A stretch of 14,683 nucleotides of DNA from Candidatus Cryosericum sp. (GTDB lineage Bacteria > Caldisericota > Caldisericia > Cryosericales > Cryosericaceae), in the NCBI GenBank assembly GCA_049699855.1, contig JBNAWM010000029.1, forward strand, positions 1-14,683. The letters are read 5' to 3'. Shown here piece by piece: positions 1-8,926 of the stretch; the first letter of the stretch is position 1; each line of letters starts with the position of its first letter. Made by a program: the position numbers and the translations under genes. The notes under the pieces were generated by a model, which saw only the letters and a program-made list of their open reading frames with translations, searched no databases and had not been told where the DNA came from.

Positions 1-18
1 TCTGTATGGGGGAAAAGA

Positions 19-222
19 CTACTTGATCGTAACGTCCTTGGCCTGCGGACCCTTGTCGCCCTGCACTACTTCGAACTCGACCGCGTCGCCTTCCTTGAGC
101 GACTTGAAGCCTGAACCAAGAATGGCGCTGTAGTGGACAAAAACGTCCTTGTCGCCATCGTCACGAGTGATGAAACCATAACCCTTCTCTGCGTTGAACC
201 ACTTTACTTTACCTGTAAGCAC
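19..222 (-). CDS. cspA: Cold-shock protein (CspA family), copy 1, 67 aa
   Basis: [15 protein letters not shown] (RNP1) and DVFVHYS (RNP2), plus GFKSLKEG and GPQA motifs. Start moved to GTG at 222 because GGAGG lies 5 nt upstream and the paralogue starts at the same codon. Confidence 0.97.
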   Translation of the reverse strand: MLTGKVKWFNAEKGYGFITRDDGDKDVFVHYSAILGSGFKSLKEGDAVEFEVVQGDKGPQAKDVTIK

Positions 223-266
223 TGAAACCTCCATAAAACTTGGCATGTACTATCTTGCCGTAAAGC

Positions 267-294
267 AGTATATAGACGATCGTGCGCGATACAA
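267..294 (-). promoter_or_regulatory. Putative sigma70 promoter of csp copy 1
   Basis: Minus strand TTGTAT (294..289), 16-nt spacer, TATACT (272..267). Same position relative to the start codon as the stronger promoter of csp copy 2. Confidence 0.6.
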
Positions 295-381
295 GTGCCT
301 TGGTCCAACGCCTTTGTTCATCATCTGTTCGCATTGCTCGGGTACAAGGCCGCGCCATGACACGGGCAGTTGATGCTCTGC

Positions 382-1896
382 TTACTTGCTTTCTTCCGGC
401 TCAATGCCGTAGATCCTGGAGTACTTCTGCTTTACGTCATTCATGAAGTAGTGGTAGTCCAGGGGCTTGCCAGTCACTCGGACAATGAGGTCCTTGGGCT
501 CGTACAGGGCGCCGTACTGGTGAATCTGGGACCGCTGCCACTCGCGCAGGACGCCAAGGTTGCCTGCGGCAATCTGTTCCTCAAGATCCGGGATCTCTTG
601 TCTCGCGGTGGCGAAGAACTGGGATGCATAGAGGTTGCCAAGCATGTAGGACGGGAAGTATCCAAACAGCCCGCCGGCCCAGTGCACATCCTGCAGAACG
701 CCATGCGCATCATCGGGGACGTCAACACCCAGGTACTCCTTGACCTTTGCATTCCAGAGAGCAGGAAGGTCAACTGGCTGGACTCTTCCGTTGATCAGTG
801 CTTCCTCGATCTCGAAGCGCAGCATGATATGGAGATTGTAGGTGACCTCATCTGCCTCGATGCGTATCAGCGACGGCTCTGCCACGTTGATAGCCTTGTA
901 GAACTCCTCAACAGGAATGCTCTGAAACTGGGGGAAGCGGCTTTGAAGGCGGGGATAGTAGTAGGTCCAGAAGGCCTCCGAACGACCGACAAGGTTTTCC
1001 CATGTTCTTGACTGTGATTCATGGATACCCATGGAAGCGCCGCGGTGAACCGGCATCCACCGGAACTTCTCGGAGACACCTTGTTCATACAGTGCATGTC
1101 CTCCCTCGTGCATGGTGGAGAAGAGGGCGGAGGCGATGTTGTTCTCATGGTAGTGCGTTGTCACCCGCACGTCGCCAAACCCGATGCCCGTGGTGAAGGG
1201 ATGCGCCGTCTCATCGATCCTGCCGCCGTCAAAGTCATAGGTCATGGTTTTGAGGATGTCCTGTGACATCTGCTCCTGAGCAGCCTTGTCGAAAGTTCCA
1301 GTGAGGCACGAGGTATCAGGGCGCCTGCCTTGCTCGCGCAGCCGCCGGATGAATGGCACCAGCTCGGACTTGAGGCCGTCGATGATGACCTTGAGGTCTT
1401 CGGTTGTCACTGAGGGCTCGTAATCATCCAGCAGGACATCATATTTGTTGGCTTCATAGCCGCAGTACTCGACGAACTCTTTTTGATAGGAGATGATCTC
1501 TTCGAGGTAGGGCAGGAACATGCCAAAGTCGGACTTTGCTCTCGCCTCCTGCCATGCGTACTCGCCTTTTGAACACGCAACGGTAAACTTCTCGTACTTG
1601 TCTGCGGGAATGGCAGAGATCTTCTGATACTGCTTTGTCTGCAGTTCCACGTTTCTGCGGTCAAGATCGCTCAGCTGCTTGTTGACGGTGGGCCGGTTGA
1701 AGTACTCGACGAAGGCAGCCATGCGGGGTGACGTCAGCAGCTCAAAAGCAGTCTTGGCCAGCTTGCCTGCTACTTCCGAACGGTCGGCGGCTGCTTTCGG
1801 GGGCATCTTGGTCCTCATGTCCCATTCGACAAGCGCCGCTGCGCTGCTGTAGCTGGCGATTTCCTTGCAGTAATCGTAGAATTCCTTGATTTCCAT
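382..1896 (-). CDS. Metallocarboxypeptidase, peptidase family M32 (carboxypeptidase Taq-like), 504 aa
   Basis: M32 motifs HPF, DVRVTT, HEGGH (HExxH), HESQS, IRIEADE, LQDVHW and GYFPSY. Start placed at ATG 1896 (MEIKEF), with GAGGAG 9 nt upstream and a length typical of the family. Confidence 0.95.
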   Translation of the reverse strand: MEIKEFYDYCKEIASYSSAAALVEWDMRTKMPPKAAADRSEVAGKLAKTAFELLTSPRMAAFVEYFNRPTVNKQLSDLDRRNVELQTKQYQKISAIPADKYEKFTVACSKGEYAWQEARAKSDFGMFLPYLEEIISYQKEFVEYCGYEANKYDVLLDDYEPSVTTEDLKVIIDGLKSELVPFIRRLREQGRRPDTSCLTGTFDKAAQEQMSQDILKTMTYDFDGGRIDETAHPFTTGIGFGDVRVTTHYHENNIASALFSTMHEGGHALYEQGVSEKFRWMPVHRGASMGIHESQSRTWENLVGRSEAFWTYYYPRLQSRFPQFQSIPVEEFYKAINVAEPSLIRIEADEVTYNLHIMLRFEIEEALINGRVQPVDLPALWNAKVKEYLGVDVPDDAHGVLQDVHWAGGLFGYFPSYMLGNLYASQFFATARQEIPDLEEQIAAGNLGVLREWQRSQIHQYGALYEPKDLIVRVTGKPLDYHYFMNDVKQKYSRIYGIEPEESK

Positions 1897-1930
1897 CGTG
1901 GCACGCTCCTCATGAGGTATCTTCCTACCA

Positions 1931-1958
1931 ATCATACCGCTGAGGTCACGCATGTCAA
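1931..1958 (-). promoter_or_regulatory. Putative sigma70 promoter of the M32 carboxypeptidase
   Basis: Minus strand TTGACA (1958..1953), 16-nt spacer, TATGAT (1936..1931), about 35 nt upstream of ATG 1896. Confidence 0.65.
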
Positions 1959-2306
1959 TCGGTATCCGCATAAAATCATGGTGCAAAGAGGAAACCAAGC
2001 CCCCGTCCCGTGGGGGTCGTGTGCGCTTTGTGTCCAAGTTTCCAACTATGTCAACCATTACAGCTGACAAAATGAGCCATTGTCACGATACTATAGAACG
2101 GCTTTATGAGAGCGATAACGTGCTTTCACGCCCTGTAAGTCAAGGCAGAAGACTTGGCTTTTTGCAAAACTGAATTAGAATCGAAAAGACACCCAAAATC
2201 TGGCCGAGTCGAGCTGCAGGCTGACGCGTTTTCTGGCGGGAGAAATGATGCGGCTATTTCCCACGAGGGCGTTTGACGTCAACGGTATATAGAGAGGTGG
2301 TGGACA

Positions 2307-2810
2307 ATGAAGGGTCACAAGGCTGGTCTGTTCGTCTTTACGTTTATCGTTCTGTTCGTGACATGGTTCTTGATCACCGGGTCATTTGAGATCCAGGAAA
2401 TCACGGCGGGGATCATCGTCGCGCTCGGCATTGCTGCGGCGACTGCTGCCGTTTTTACCGAGCACGGGCTGGACCATCTGGCTCCCAGGAGACTGCTGTA
2501 TCTTCTCCTCTATGTTCCGTATTATTTCTATCAGGTAATCCTTGCAAACCTCGATGTCGTCTACCGCGTTCTGGCCCCCTCTCTGCCGATCAAGCCAGGC
2601 TTTGTCACTGTGCGAACCAGCCTTAAGACAGACTCTGGAAAACTGGCACTGGCAAATTCCATCACCCTTACACCCGGGACAATTGTCGCCGACGTCTCGG
2701 GGGACGAGCTGCTCGTTCACTGGATCTATGTAAAAGACGAGTCCATGGAAGGGGCTGGCAGCAGTATCGTCGCTCCCTTTGAGAAGTGGCTGGAGGTAAT
2801 CTTCGGATGA
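2307..2810 (+). CDS. mnhE: Na+/H+ antiporter subunit E homologue (MbxA/MbsA)
   Basis: Hydrophobic N-terminus, ANLDVVYRVL, PIKPGFV and LANSITLTPGT, LLVHWI. RBS GAGGTG upstream. Confidence 0.93.
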   Translation: MKGHKAGLFVFTFIVLFVTWFLITGSFEIQEITAGIIVALGIAAATAAVFTEHGLDHLAPRRLLYLLLYVPYYFYQVILANLDVVYRVLAPSLPIKPGFVTVRTSLKTDSGKLALANSITLTPGTIVADVSGDELLVHWIYVKDESMEGAGSSIVAPFEKWLEVIFG

Positions 2811-3064
2811 TGACGCTGAATCTGATCTACGTTGCAGTGGTTGCGCTGTCCATGGCCCTTACGACGATACGCATGATCAAGGGGCCCGACACATCGAACC
2901 GTGCGATGGCACTTGATGTTTTGACGACGGTCTCAGTCTCGGTTCTCGTGTTCTTTGCGCTTTTCTTCGACCGCCGCATCTATGTGGATGTCGGCCTGGT
3001 CTACGCCGTTCTTTCGTTCATAGGCGTTCTGGTAATCGCTCGTTTTCTGGAAAGGGGTATCTAG
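2807..3064 (+). CDS. mnhF: Na+/H+ antiporter subunit F homologue (MbxB/MbsB), 85 aa
   Basis: RMIKGPDTSNRAMALD, YVDVGLVYAVLSFIG and ARFLERG. ATGA overlap with mnhE at 2807-2810 and GGAGGT upstream. The second ATG at 2810 is an alternative start. Confidence 0.9.
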   Translation: MMTLNLIYVAVVALSMALTTIRMIKGPDTSNRAMALDVLTTVSVSVLVFFALFFDRRIYVDVGLVYAVLSFIGVLVIARFLERGI

Positions 3065-3397
3065 ATGCAACTGGTTGCCGGGTATCTGCTCCTTTATCTG
3101 GGAGCTTTTTTTCTGCTTGTATCCTCGATTGGTCTGCTGCGTCTGCCGGACGTCTACACGCGAATGCAGGCGGCGACGAAGTCGACGACGCTTGGAGTGT
3201 TCTTTTCAGTGGTTGGTGTGGGGGTTCTTCATCCGGCATGGCTTCTGGAATGCCTTGCCGTGGCATTTTTCATTCTGCTGACAGCGCCCATCAGTGGAAG
3301 CGCCCTGCTGAGAGCATCCTACAAGGCGGGCTCGCCGATGACGTCGGCAACAGTGGTTGACAAGACACCTGAGTTTCTCAAAGGTGGTGAGAAATGA
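3065..3397 (+). CDS. mnhG: Na+/H+ antiporter subunit G homologue (MbxC/MbsC)
   Basis: GLLRLPDVYTRMQAATKSTTLG and LLTAPIS signature. ATG immediately follows the TAG of mnhF. Confidence 0.93.
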   Translation: MQLVAGYLLLYLGAFFLLVSSIGLLRLPDVYTRMQAATKSTTLGVFFSVVGVGVLHPAWLLECLAVAFFILLTAPISGSALLRASYKAGSPMTSATVVDKTPEFLKGGEK

Positions 3398-3633
3398 CGT
3401 ATTTTGCCTGGTTTCTTATCGTTCTTACCCTGGTTCTTGCAGTTCTTTCCGTACACCTCAAGGATCTGCTGGCAGCAGTGATCCTGATGGGGGCGTCGAG
3501 CCTGATCGTCTCCGTTCTTTTCCTCTTCCTGCAGGCGCCTGATGTTGCGATGTCTGAGGCCTCCATCGGAGCAGCGCTCACGATGGCGATCTACATCATC
3601 GTCGTGAAAAAGACGGAAGCGAGCGAGAAATGA
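3394..3633 (+). CDS. MbxD/MbhD-like small membrane subunit (DUF4040-type, homologous to the MrpA C-terminal region)
   Basis: KDLLAAVI and LQAPDVAMSEASIG motif, three hydrophobic helices, ATGA overlaps at both ends. Confidence 0.88.
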   Translation: MTYFAWFLIVLTLVLAVLSVHLKDLLAAVILMGASSLIVSVLFLFLQAPDVAMSEASIGAALTMAIYIIVVKKTEASEK

Positions 3634-4346
3634 CGAGGTCCATTTTCTATTCTGTGTTCTTGGGGCTTATTGTCGCCGTTGTGCTCGTGTTCCTCGTCGC
3701 TTTTCCCTTTGGACAGAACAAGATGGGCGTGGGCCAGTACTACTTGGACAACAGCGTAAAGGAAACCGGGGCCGAAAATGTCGTGACGGCTGTCACACTC
3801 CAGTACCGTGGTTTTGATACGATGGGTGAGGTAACGGTACTCTTCGCGGCGGCGACGGGCGTTTCTCTCCTTCTCTATCTTACCGATGACGAGAAGAAGA
3901 GGAGAAGGAGCTCGCGGGTCCGGCCCAATTTTGTCGTACAAGTGGGCTCCAGGATTATCTTCCCGTTTGTGGTCCTCTTTGGGGTATATATCATCCTGCA
4001 TGGCCATCTCACGCCGGGTGGCGGATTCCAGGGCGGAGCCATCATCGCCTCGGGAGTTCTCATGTTGTATCTGGCAAACCCCGAGATGCATCTGGCGCGG
4101 AACAACCTTCTTATCACCGAGGGACTGGCGGGCTTGACCTATGTTCTGCTGGGAGCGGCAGGGCTGTTCATGCCGGCACGGTCGTTTCTGGCTAATTTCC
4201 TGCCGTTGGGAACGCCCGGCCTCATCCTCAGCGCCGGGATACTCCTCCCGCTGTACATTGCCGTGGGCGTGAAGGTCGGCTCGGAGTTTTCGGGCATCCT
4301 GGATGACCTGTTCCAGCAGACGCTGGAGCCAGGAGGTGAAGCATGA
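3630..4346 (+). CDS. mnhB: MnhB-domain subunit, MbhE+MbhF fused form (MbxF/MbsE)
   Basis: N-terminal NVVTAVTLQYRGFDTMGE (MbhE-like) followed by HGHLTPGGGFQGG (MnhB signature). Confidence 0.9.
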   Translation: MTRSIFYSVFLGLIVAVVLVFLVAFPFGQNKMGVGQYYLDNSVKETGAENVVTAVTLQYRGFDTMGEVTVLFAAATGVSLLLYLTDDEKKRRRSSRVRPNFVVQVGSRIIFPFVVLFGVYIILHGHLTPGGGFQGGAIIASGVLMLYLANPEMHLARNNLLITEGLAGLTYVLLGAAGLFMPARSFLANFLPLGTPGLILSAGILLPLYIAVGVKVGSEFSGILDDLFQQTLEPGGEA

Positions 4347-4681
4347 TCTTCTACGCAACTTCACTTGTTCTTATCGCCATTGGATTGTATGCCATCATCA
4401 TCAAGAAGAACCTTATCAAGATCATTATCGGTCTTGATCTCATCGAGACAGGAGTGAATCTCCTGATCGTGAGCCTCGGATATATCAACCATGGCACTGC
4501 GCCAATTTTCTCGAAGGGGATCTCGGCATCGGCGATGGTAGACGCGGTTCCTCAGGCATTGACCCTCACGTCTATCGTCATCGGCGCTTCTGAACTTGCA
4601 CTTGCCGCTGCGTTTGTCGTGCTTCTCTACAGGCACTACGGCACACTTGACATCCGAAAAATGAGGAACCTGAAATGGTAA
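4343..4681 (+). CDS. mnhC: Na+/H+ antiporter subunit C homologue (MbxG/MbsG, NuoK-like)
   Basis: NLIKIIIGL, DAVPQALTLTSIVIG and YRHYGTLD. RBS AGGAGGTG and ATGA overlap. Confidence 0.92.
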   Translation: MIFYATSLVLIAIGLYAIIIKKNLIKIIIGLDLIETGVNLLIVSLGYINHGTAPIFSKGISASAMVDAVPQALTLTSIVIGASELALAAAFVVLLYRHYGTLDIRKMRNLKW

Positions 4682-6159
4682 ACCTGAGCGATCCTGTTCT
4701 TCTGGTTGCGTTTCCCCTCTTCTTTGCGTTTCTCACGACAGTGGTGTCCGCATTCTCCAAGAAGGCGGTAAAGTTTTTCCCTCTGGCTGCTTTCCTGGCA
4801 AATGCCGTGGTTCTGTCATTGAATGCGAGTGCAGTCATTGGTGGGGCCGGCATTGTCATTTCGAAAACTGCTGGCGCGAATCCTCCCTTCTCGATCAACA
4901 TGGCAATGGACAAGCTGAGCTTCCTCATCGCTGTCATTGCAACGTTTCTTGGTCTTGTTGTCTCCCTGTACAACATCTTCTACATCAAGAGCGAACGGGA
5001 TCCGAAGTTTCACTCCCTGTTTATCCTGCTTGTTGGCGGAATAACCTGGATCGCGATAACCGGCGATTTGTTCAACGTGTTTGTCGCTTTTGAGGTCACT
5101 TCCATCGCAGCCTTCGGACTTGTCGGTTTTGAGCGGGACAAGGACGCTGCCGAGGCCGGGTTCAAGTACCTGGTGCTGGGAATCCTGGCAGGGACACTCC
5201 TTCTCCTTGGTGTTGTGCTCCTCTACGCCTCGACCGGTACGCTGAACATGGCGGACATTGCGGTGAAGCTCTCGACGTTCAGTTTCCTGCAGAAGCTCAT
5301 CCCGTTCACGTTTATCTTCCTGGGTCTGGGAATCGAAGGGGCACTGTTTCCTCTGAATGCCTGGCTTCCGGACGCTCACCCTGCTGCTCCAAGCGGAGTG
5401 TCGGCCATCCTGTCCGGCATCATGACGACATCGTCGATCTATGCGATCATGAGAGTGACGGTGACGATCTTCAACTTCGGGGCAGTGACGCCCTTCCTGT
5501 CGCTTTTTGCGGTACTGACGCTGTTCTTTGGAGAGGTGTCCGCGTTCTTTCAGAAGGATATCAAAAGGATGCTCGCCTATTCGACGATTGGTCAGACGGG
5601 TCTCATCTTCCTGTCATTTTCCATTGGTTCCGAAGGTGCGATCGGTGCGTCCCTTGCCCAGATCATCAATCAGTCCCTGTCAAAATCAATGCTGTTTCTG
5701 ATTGCGGGTGCATTCATCCTTGCAACGAATTCACGGGATATTGAGAGTCTCAAGGGCATGGGGTACCGAATGAAGGTCAGCTCGGCACTGTTCGTGGTTG
5801 GCGCCCTGTCGTTGACCGGCCTGCCTCCGTTCTTCGGGTTTGTGAGCAAATTGAACGTTCTCCTGTCCATTCTTGGAACGATTGATGTACTCACTGTCTT
5901 TTATGTTGTGCTTGCGGTTGCAATGTCGCTTGTGGAAGCTGCCTATTTCTTCCGGGTCATCAAGACGCTGTATACAAGGAGCAGTGTCGACAGCGAAATG
6001 CGCGAACGCGCGGGTCTTCTGGTTCCAGCACTGCTCCTGGGACTTGTCTTGATCGCCGTGAGTCTGTTTCCGGCGCAGACTGTTGGTTTTACAAAGTCGG
6101 TCGCTTCACAGTTGATCAATCGCGGGTATTACCTTCAGGCCGTGTTGGGGGGCAGATAA
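4675..6159 (+). CDS. mnhD: Antiporter-like membrane subunit (MbxH/MbsH, MrpD/NuoN family), 494 aa
   Basis: TGDLFNVFVAFE, EAGFKYL, WLPDAHPAAP, KRMLAYST and GLPPFFGFVSK. Confidence 0.9.
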   Translation: MVNLSDPVLLVAFPLFFAFLTTVVSAFSKKAVKFFPLAAFLANAVVLSLNASAVIGGAGIVISKTAGANPPFSINMAMDKLSFLIAVIATFLGLVVSLYNIFYIKSERDPKFHSLFILLVGGITWIAITGDLFNVFVAFEVTSIAAFGLVGFERDKDAAEAGFKYLVLGILAGTLLLLGVVLLYASTGTLNMADIAVKLSTFSFLQKLIPFTFIFLGLGIEGALFPLNAWLPDAHPAAPSGVSAILSGIMTTSSIYAIMRVTVTIFNFGAVTPFLSLFAVLTLFFGEVSAFFQKDIKRMLAYSTIGQTGLIFLSFSIGSEGAIGASLAQIINQSLSKSMLFLIAGAFILATNSRDIESLKGMGYRMKVSSALFVVGALSLTGLPPFFGFVSKLNVLLSILGTIDVLTVFYVVLAVAMSLVEAAYFFRVIKTLYTRSSVDSEMRERAGLLVPALLLGLVLIAVSLFPAQTVGFTKSVASQLINRGYYLQAVLGGR

Positions 6160-6160
6160 C

Positions 6161-8041
6161 ATGAACGTGTCACTGCTAACGCTTCTTCTTGCGCCTTTTG
6201 CGGCAGGCGTGCTCGTCTATCTGGGCGGTCTGGTTCACAAGGCGGTACGTTCTGCCATTGCCCTTCTGTTCGCAGTGCTTATGGTCGTTCTTGTGGCGGG
6301 AACCTATGGTTCGGGTGTAGAACGCCTCGTGTATGGACGGCTTTTCAATTCGTCGCTGGCATTGCAGATGAATCCTCTTTCATGGCTGCTTGCCATCGTG
6401 ATTGTAACGATCTTCCTTATGAGCATCTTCTTCTCGATCCCGGAGATGGAAGAGACGCCTCATGTAAATGCCTACTACCTCGAGCTCCTGTTCCTCGAAG
6501 GGGCGATGCTTGGAATCGTCTTTGCGGGAGACCTTCTGACGTTCTTCATCTTCTGGGAAATGATGTCATGGATCTCCTACTTCCTTGTCATCAAGGGAAC
6601 GACGGAATCGTCGAATGCCGGATACAAGTACATACTTATGAGCCTTGCAGGTGCGAATGCCGCACTTGTGGCACTTGTGCTCGTGTATCTCAAGGCGCAG
6701 AGTTTCGTTTTCGCCGACGTTTCGGCAGCACTCTCCGTACAGAGTCCAGCCTTCATTGTGTCGGTATTTGTGCTGTTTGCGGCCAACTTCCTGATTAAGG
6801 CCGCAGTGATGCCCGTTCACACCTGGCTTCCAGATGCACACTCCGAAGCGCCGGGGCCCGTTTCCGCCATTCTTTCCGGTGTCCTCGTGAAGGTGGGCGT
6901 CTATGGGCTGTTTACCTTCGCATTTGTCCTCTTCGGGATGAACCTGTTCAGCCGCATCATGCCAAGTCTTTTTGGAGACTCGATGATTCTTGTCGTGCTG
7001 CAGTGGATGGCGGGGCTCTCGATACTCTTTGGAACGTTTCTTGCCATCCTCCAGGAAGATGCGAAGCGCATCCTCGCCTATTCGACCATTGCTCAGGTTG
7101 GCTATATCGTGCTGGGGCTTTCACTCAACTCAACGCTCGGCGTGGCCGGAGGCCTGCTGCAACTGGTCAATCACGCGATTTTCAAGAGCCTTCTTTTCCT
7201 GGTGGTCGCTGGGGTCATGTACAGGACGGGGACCAAGAATCTCTCGGAACTGGGCGGGCTTATCAAGAAGATGCCTCTTTCATTCATATCGATGCTCCTT
7301 GGCATCATTGCGCTTGCCGGTATCCCGCCACTCAACGGGTTCACCTCAAAGTGGATGATCTATGAGGCACTCATTCAAAAGCACAGCGTACTTCTGCTGA
7401 CCATTGCGCTGATCGGTGGCACGGGCTCGTTCCTGTACGTCTATCGGCTCATTCACTCGGTCTTCCTCGGCTCCCTTCCGGAGAAGTATGAGCATGTCAA
7501 GGAAGTACCTTTTCTCATGCAGATCCCGTTGGTGCTGCTGTCGCTCCTTACCATCATCTTCGGTCTGTTCCCGGGCATTCCGCTGGCAGCAATCGCAAAG
7601 GTACAGGTGTTCATTGGCATGGCGCCCATACGGTTCACGCTGACGGGATTCCCTGCGGGAACGGGACTCTCCACGCTCAATGTCGTGAACATCTCTGGAA
7701 CGCTCGTGGGCGCGTTTGCCTTCGCATACTTGTTGTTCCTCCTGCTGCCGAAAGCTCGCAGAATATCGCAATATGACACCTATGCGGCAGGACAGGTGAT
7801 TACAAAAGAGACAAAGTACAATTACAGTTTCGGATTCTACAGCTTTTTCAGAGACGTCATGAACCCGATCTTCAAGTGGAGCGCCGACAAGATCTACCTG
7901 TCGGTGACGCGATTCCTGGGCGTGCTCGGAGATCATGTCCGGCGAGTCTACACGGGTGATTTGGAGACCTATGTTTCCTACATTGTTGTTATCATGGCGA
8001 TGATCGCCGGCGTCGTGCTTCTGGGGGGTAGAATATGGTAG
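6161..8041 (+). CDS. Second antiporter-like subunit with C-terminal extension (MbxH'/MbsH', NuoL/MrpA-MrpD family), 626 aa
   Basis: FFIFWEMMS, LIKAAVMPVHTWLPDAHSEAP, KRILAYSTIAQVGY, NHAIFKSLLF and GIPPLNGFTSKW. The C-terminal YAAG..RRVYTGDLETYV plus a final TM helix resembles the lateral-helix (MbhI/NuoL-tail) region. Confidence 0.9.
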   Translation: MNVSLLTLLLAPFAAGVLVYLGGLVHKAVRSAIALLFAVLMVVLVAGTYGSGVERLVYGRLFNSSLALQMNPLSWLLAIVIVTIFLMSIFFSIPEMEETPHVNAYYLELLFLEGAMLGIVFAGDLLTFFIFWEMMSWISYFLVIKGTTESSNAGYKYILMSLAGANAALVALVLVYLKAQSFVFADVSAALSVQSPAFIVSVFVLFAANFLIKAAVMPVHTWLPDAHSEAPGPVSAILSGVLVKVGVYGLFTFAFVLFGMNLFSRIMPSLFGDSMILVVLQWMAGLSILFGTFLAILQEDAKRILAYSTIAQVGYIVLGLSLNSTLGVAGGLLQLVNHAIFKSLLFLVVAGVMYRTGTKNLSELGGLIKKMPLSFISMLLGIIALAGIPPLNGFTSKWMIYEALIQKHSVLLLTIALIGGTGSFLYVYRLIHSVFLGSLPEKYEHVKEVPFLMQIPLVLLSLLTIIFGLFPGIPLAAIAKVQVFIGMAPIRFTLTGFPAGTGLSTLNVVNISGTLVGAFAFAYLLFLLLPKARRISQYDTYAAGQVITKETKYNYSFGFYSFFRDVMNPIFKWSADKIYLSVTRFLGVLGDHVRRVYTGDLETYVSYIVVIMAMIAGVVLLGGRIW

Positions 8042-8925
8042 AAAAGATTCTTCTTGGCATTCTCCTGCCGCTTGGTGCGTTTCTTGTCGGCATCTTCCTG
8101 GAAGGATTCAAGCGGAAGATGGTTGCGCGTATTCAAAGAAGGTACGGTCCTCCCCTCATTCAGCCTTTGCTTGATATCATCAAGCTGCTCGCCAAAAAGG
8201 ACAACGTTTCTCATGGGGTGATGTTCGACCTTGGGCCCGTTCTTGCGCTTTCTGCCTCAATCCTTACGGTTTTCTTCATCCCCGTGCCGGGCTTCAGACT
8301 GCTTTCAGGATCAGGGGACCTTGTTGCACTGCTCTACATCATGGTTATCGGTTCGCTGGCGATGGCGCTTGGCGCTGGTGAGGCGGCAAATCCGAACGCA
8401 AGCATCGGTATTGCCAGAGCGCTTACCTTGATGCTCGGGTATGACCTGCCGATGGTCATTGCCCTTTCGACGGTTATTCTCAAGTTCAACACCACTAATC
8501 TCTACGACATCGTCGCTGCACAGAGCGGTCTCCATTGGGGAACATTCCTCATGCCCATTACTGCTGTGGTCGCTCTCATTGCGACCTACGGTGCGATGGG
8601 CGAACACCCGTTTGAGGTTGTTGTGGCACCCCAAGAGGTTGCTACGGGGCCAATGGTGGAGTATGGCGGCAAGCATCTTGGTTTTCTGATGGTTGACCAT
8701 GCATTTCACATCTACATTGAGCTTGCTCTTTTTACGGACCTCTTCCTTGGAGGAGCCTCCAATCTGGGGTTTTACATCCTAAAACTGCTTGGATTGCTGA
8801 TCCTCATTACGTTCTTTGACACTATTTACCCGAGGTTCAGGATTGAGGATGCGGTAAGGTTTTTCTGGCGATGGCCTACTGTTTTTGCCCTGCTAGGCCT
8901 TCTCATTGTCATGATCGGAGGATAG
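8035..8925 (+). CDS. nuoH: NuoH-like membrane anchor subunit (MbxM/MbsM)
   Basis: RKMVARIQRRYGPPLIQPLLDIIKLLAK, HPFEVVVAPQEVATGPMVEYGG and YPRFRIED. Confidence 0.92.
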   Translation: MVEKILLGILLPLGAFLVGIFLEGFKRKMVARIQRRYGPPLIQPLLDIIKLLAKKDNVSHGVMFDLGPVLALSASILTVFFIPVPGFRLLSGSGDLVALLYIMVIGSLAMALGAGEAANPNASIGIARALTLMLGYDLPMVIALSTVILKFNTTNLYDIVAAQSGLHWGTFLMPITAVVALIATYGAMGEHPFEVVVAPQEVATGPMVEYGGKHLGFLMVDHAFHIYIELALFTDLFLGGASNLGFYILKLLGLLILITFFDTIYPRFRIEDAVRFFWRWPTVFALLGLLIVMIGG

Positions 8926-8926
8926 C

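Noticed and set aside
370..1011. 213-aa + strand ORF and other long shadow ORFs (3591..4364, 4816..5379, 7346..7936, 9902..10492)
   Set aside because: They lie antisense to well-supported genes and show no recognisable motifs, as expected for shadow ORFs in moderately GC-rich coding DNA.
2000..2016. CCCCC-N7-GGGGG hairpin as a terminator
   Set aside because: Only 5 bp, no adjacent U tract, and it lies between divergent genes where no transcript is expected to end.
1897..2070. N-terminal extension of the carboxypeptidase, and similar extensions at 246, 2786, 10782 and 13780 in the ORF track
   Set aside because: Each downstream start has a good RBS and gives a family-typical length. The extensions overlap promoters or neighbouring genes.
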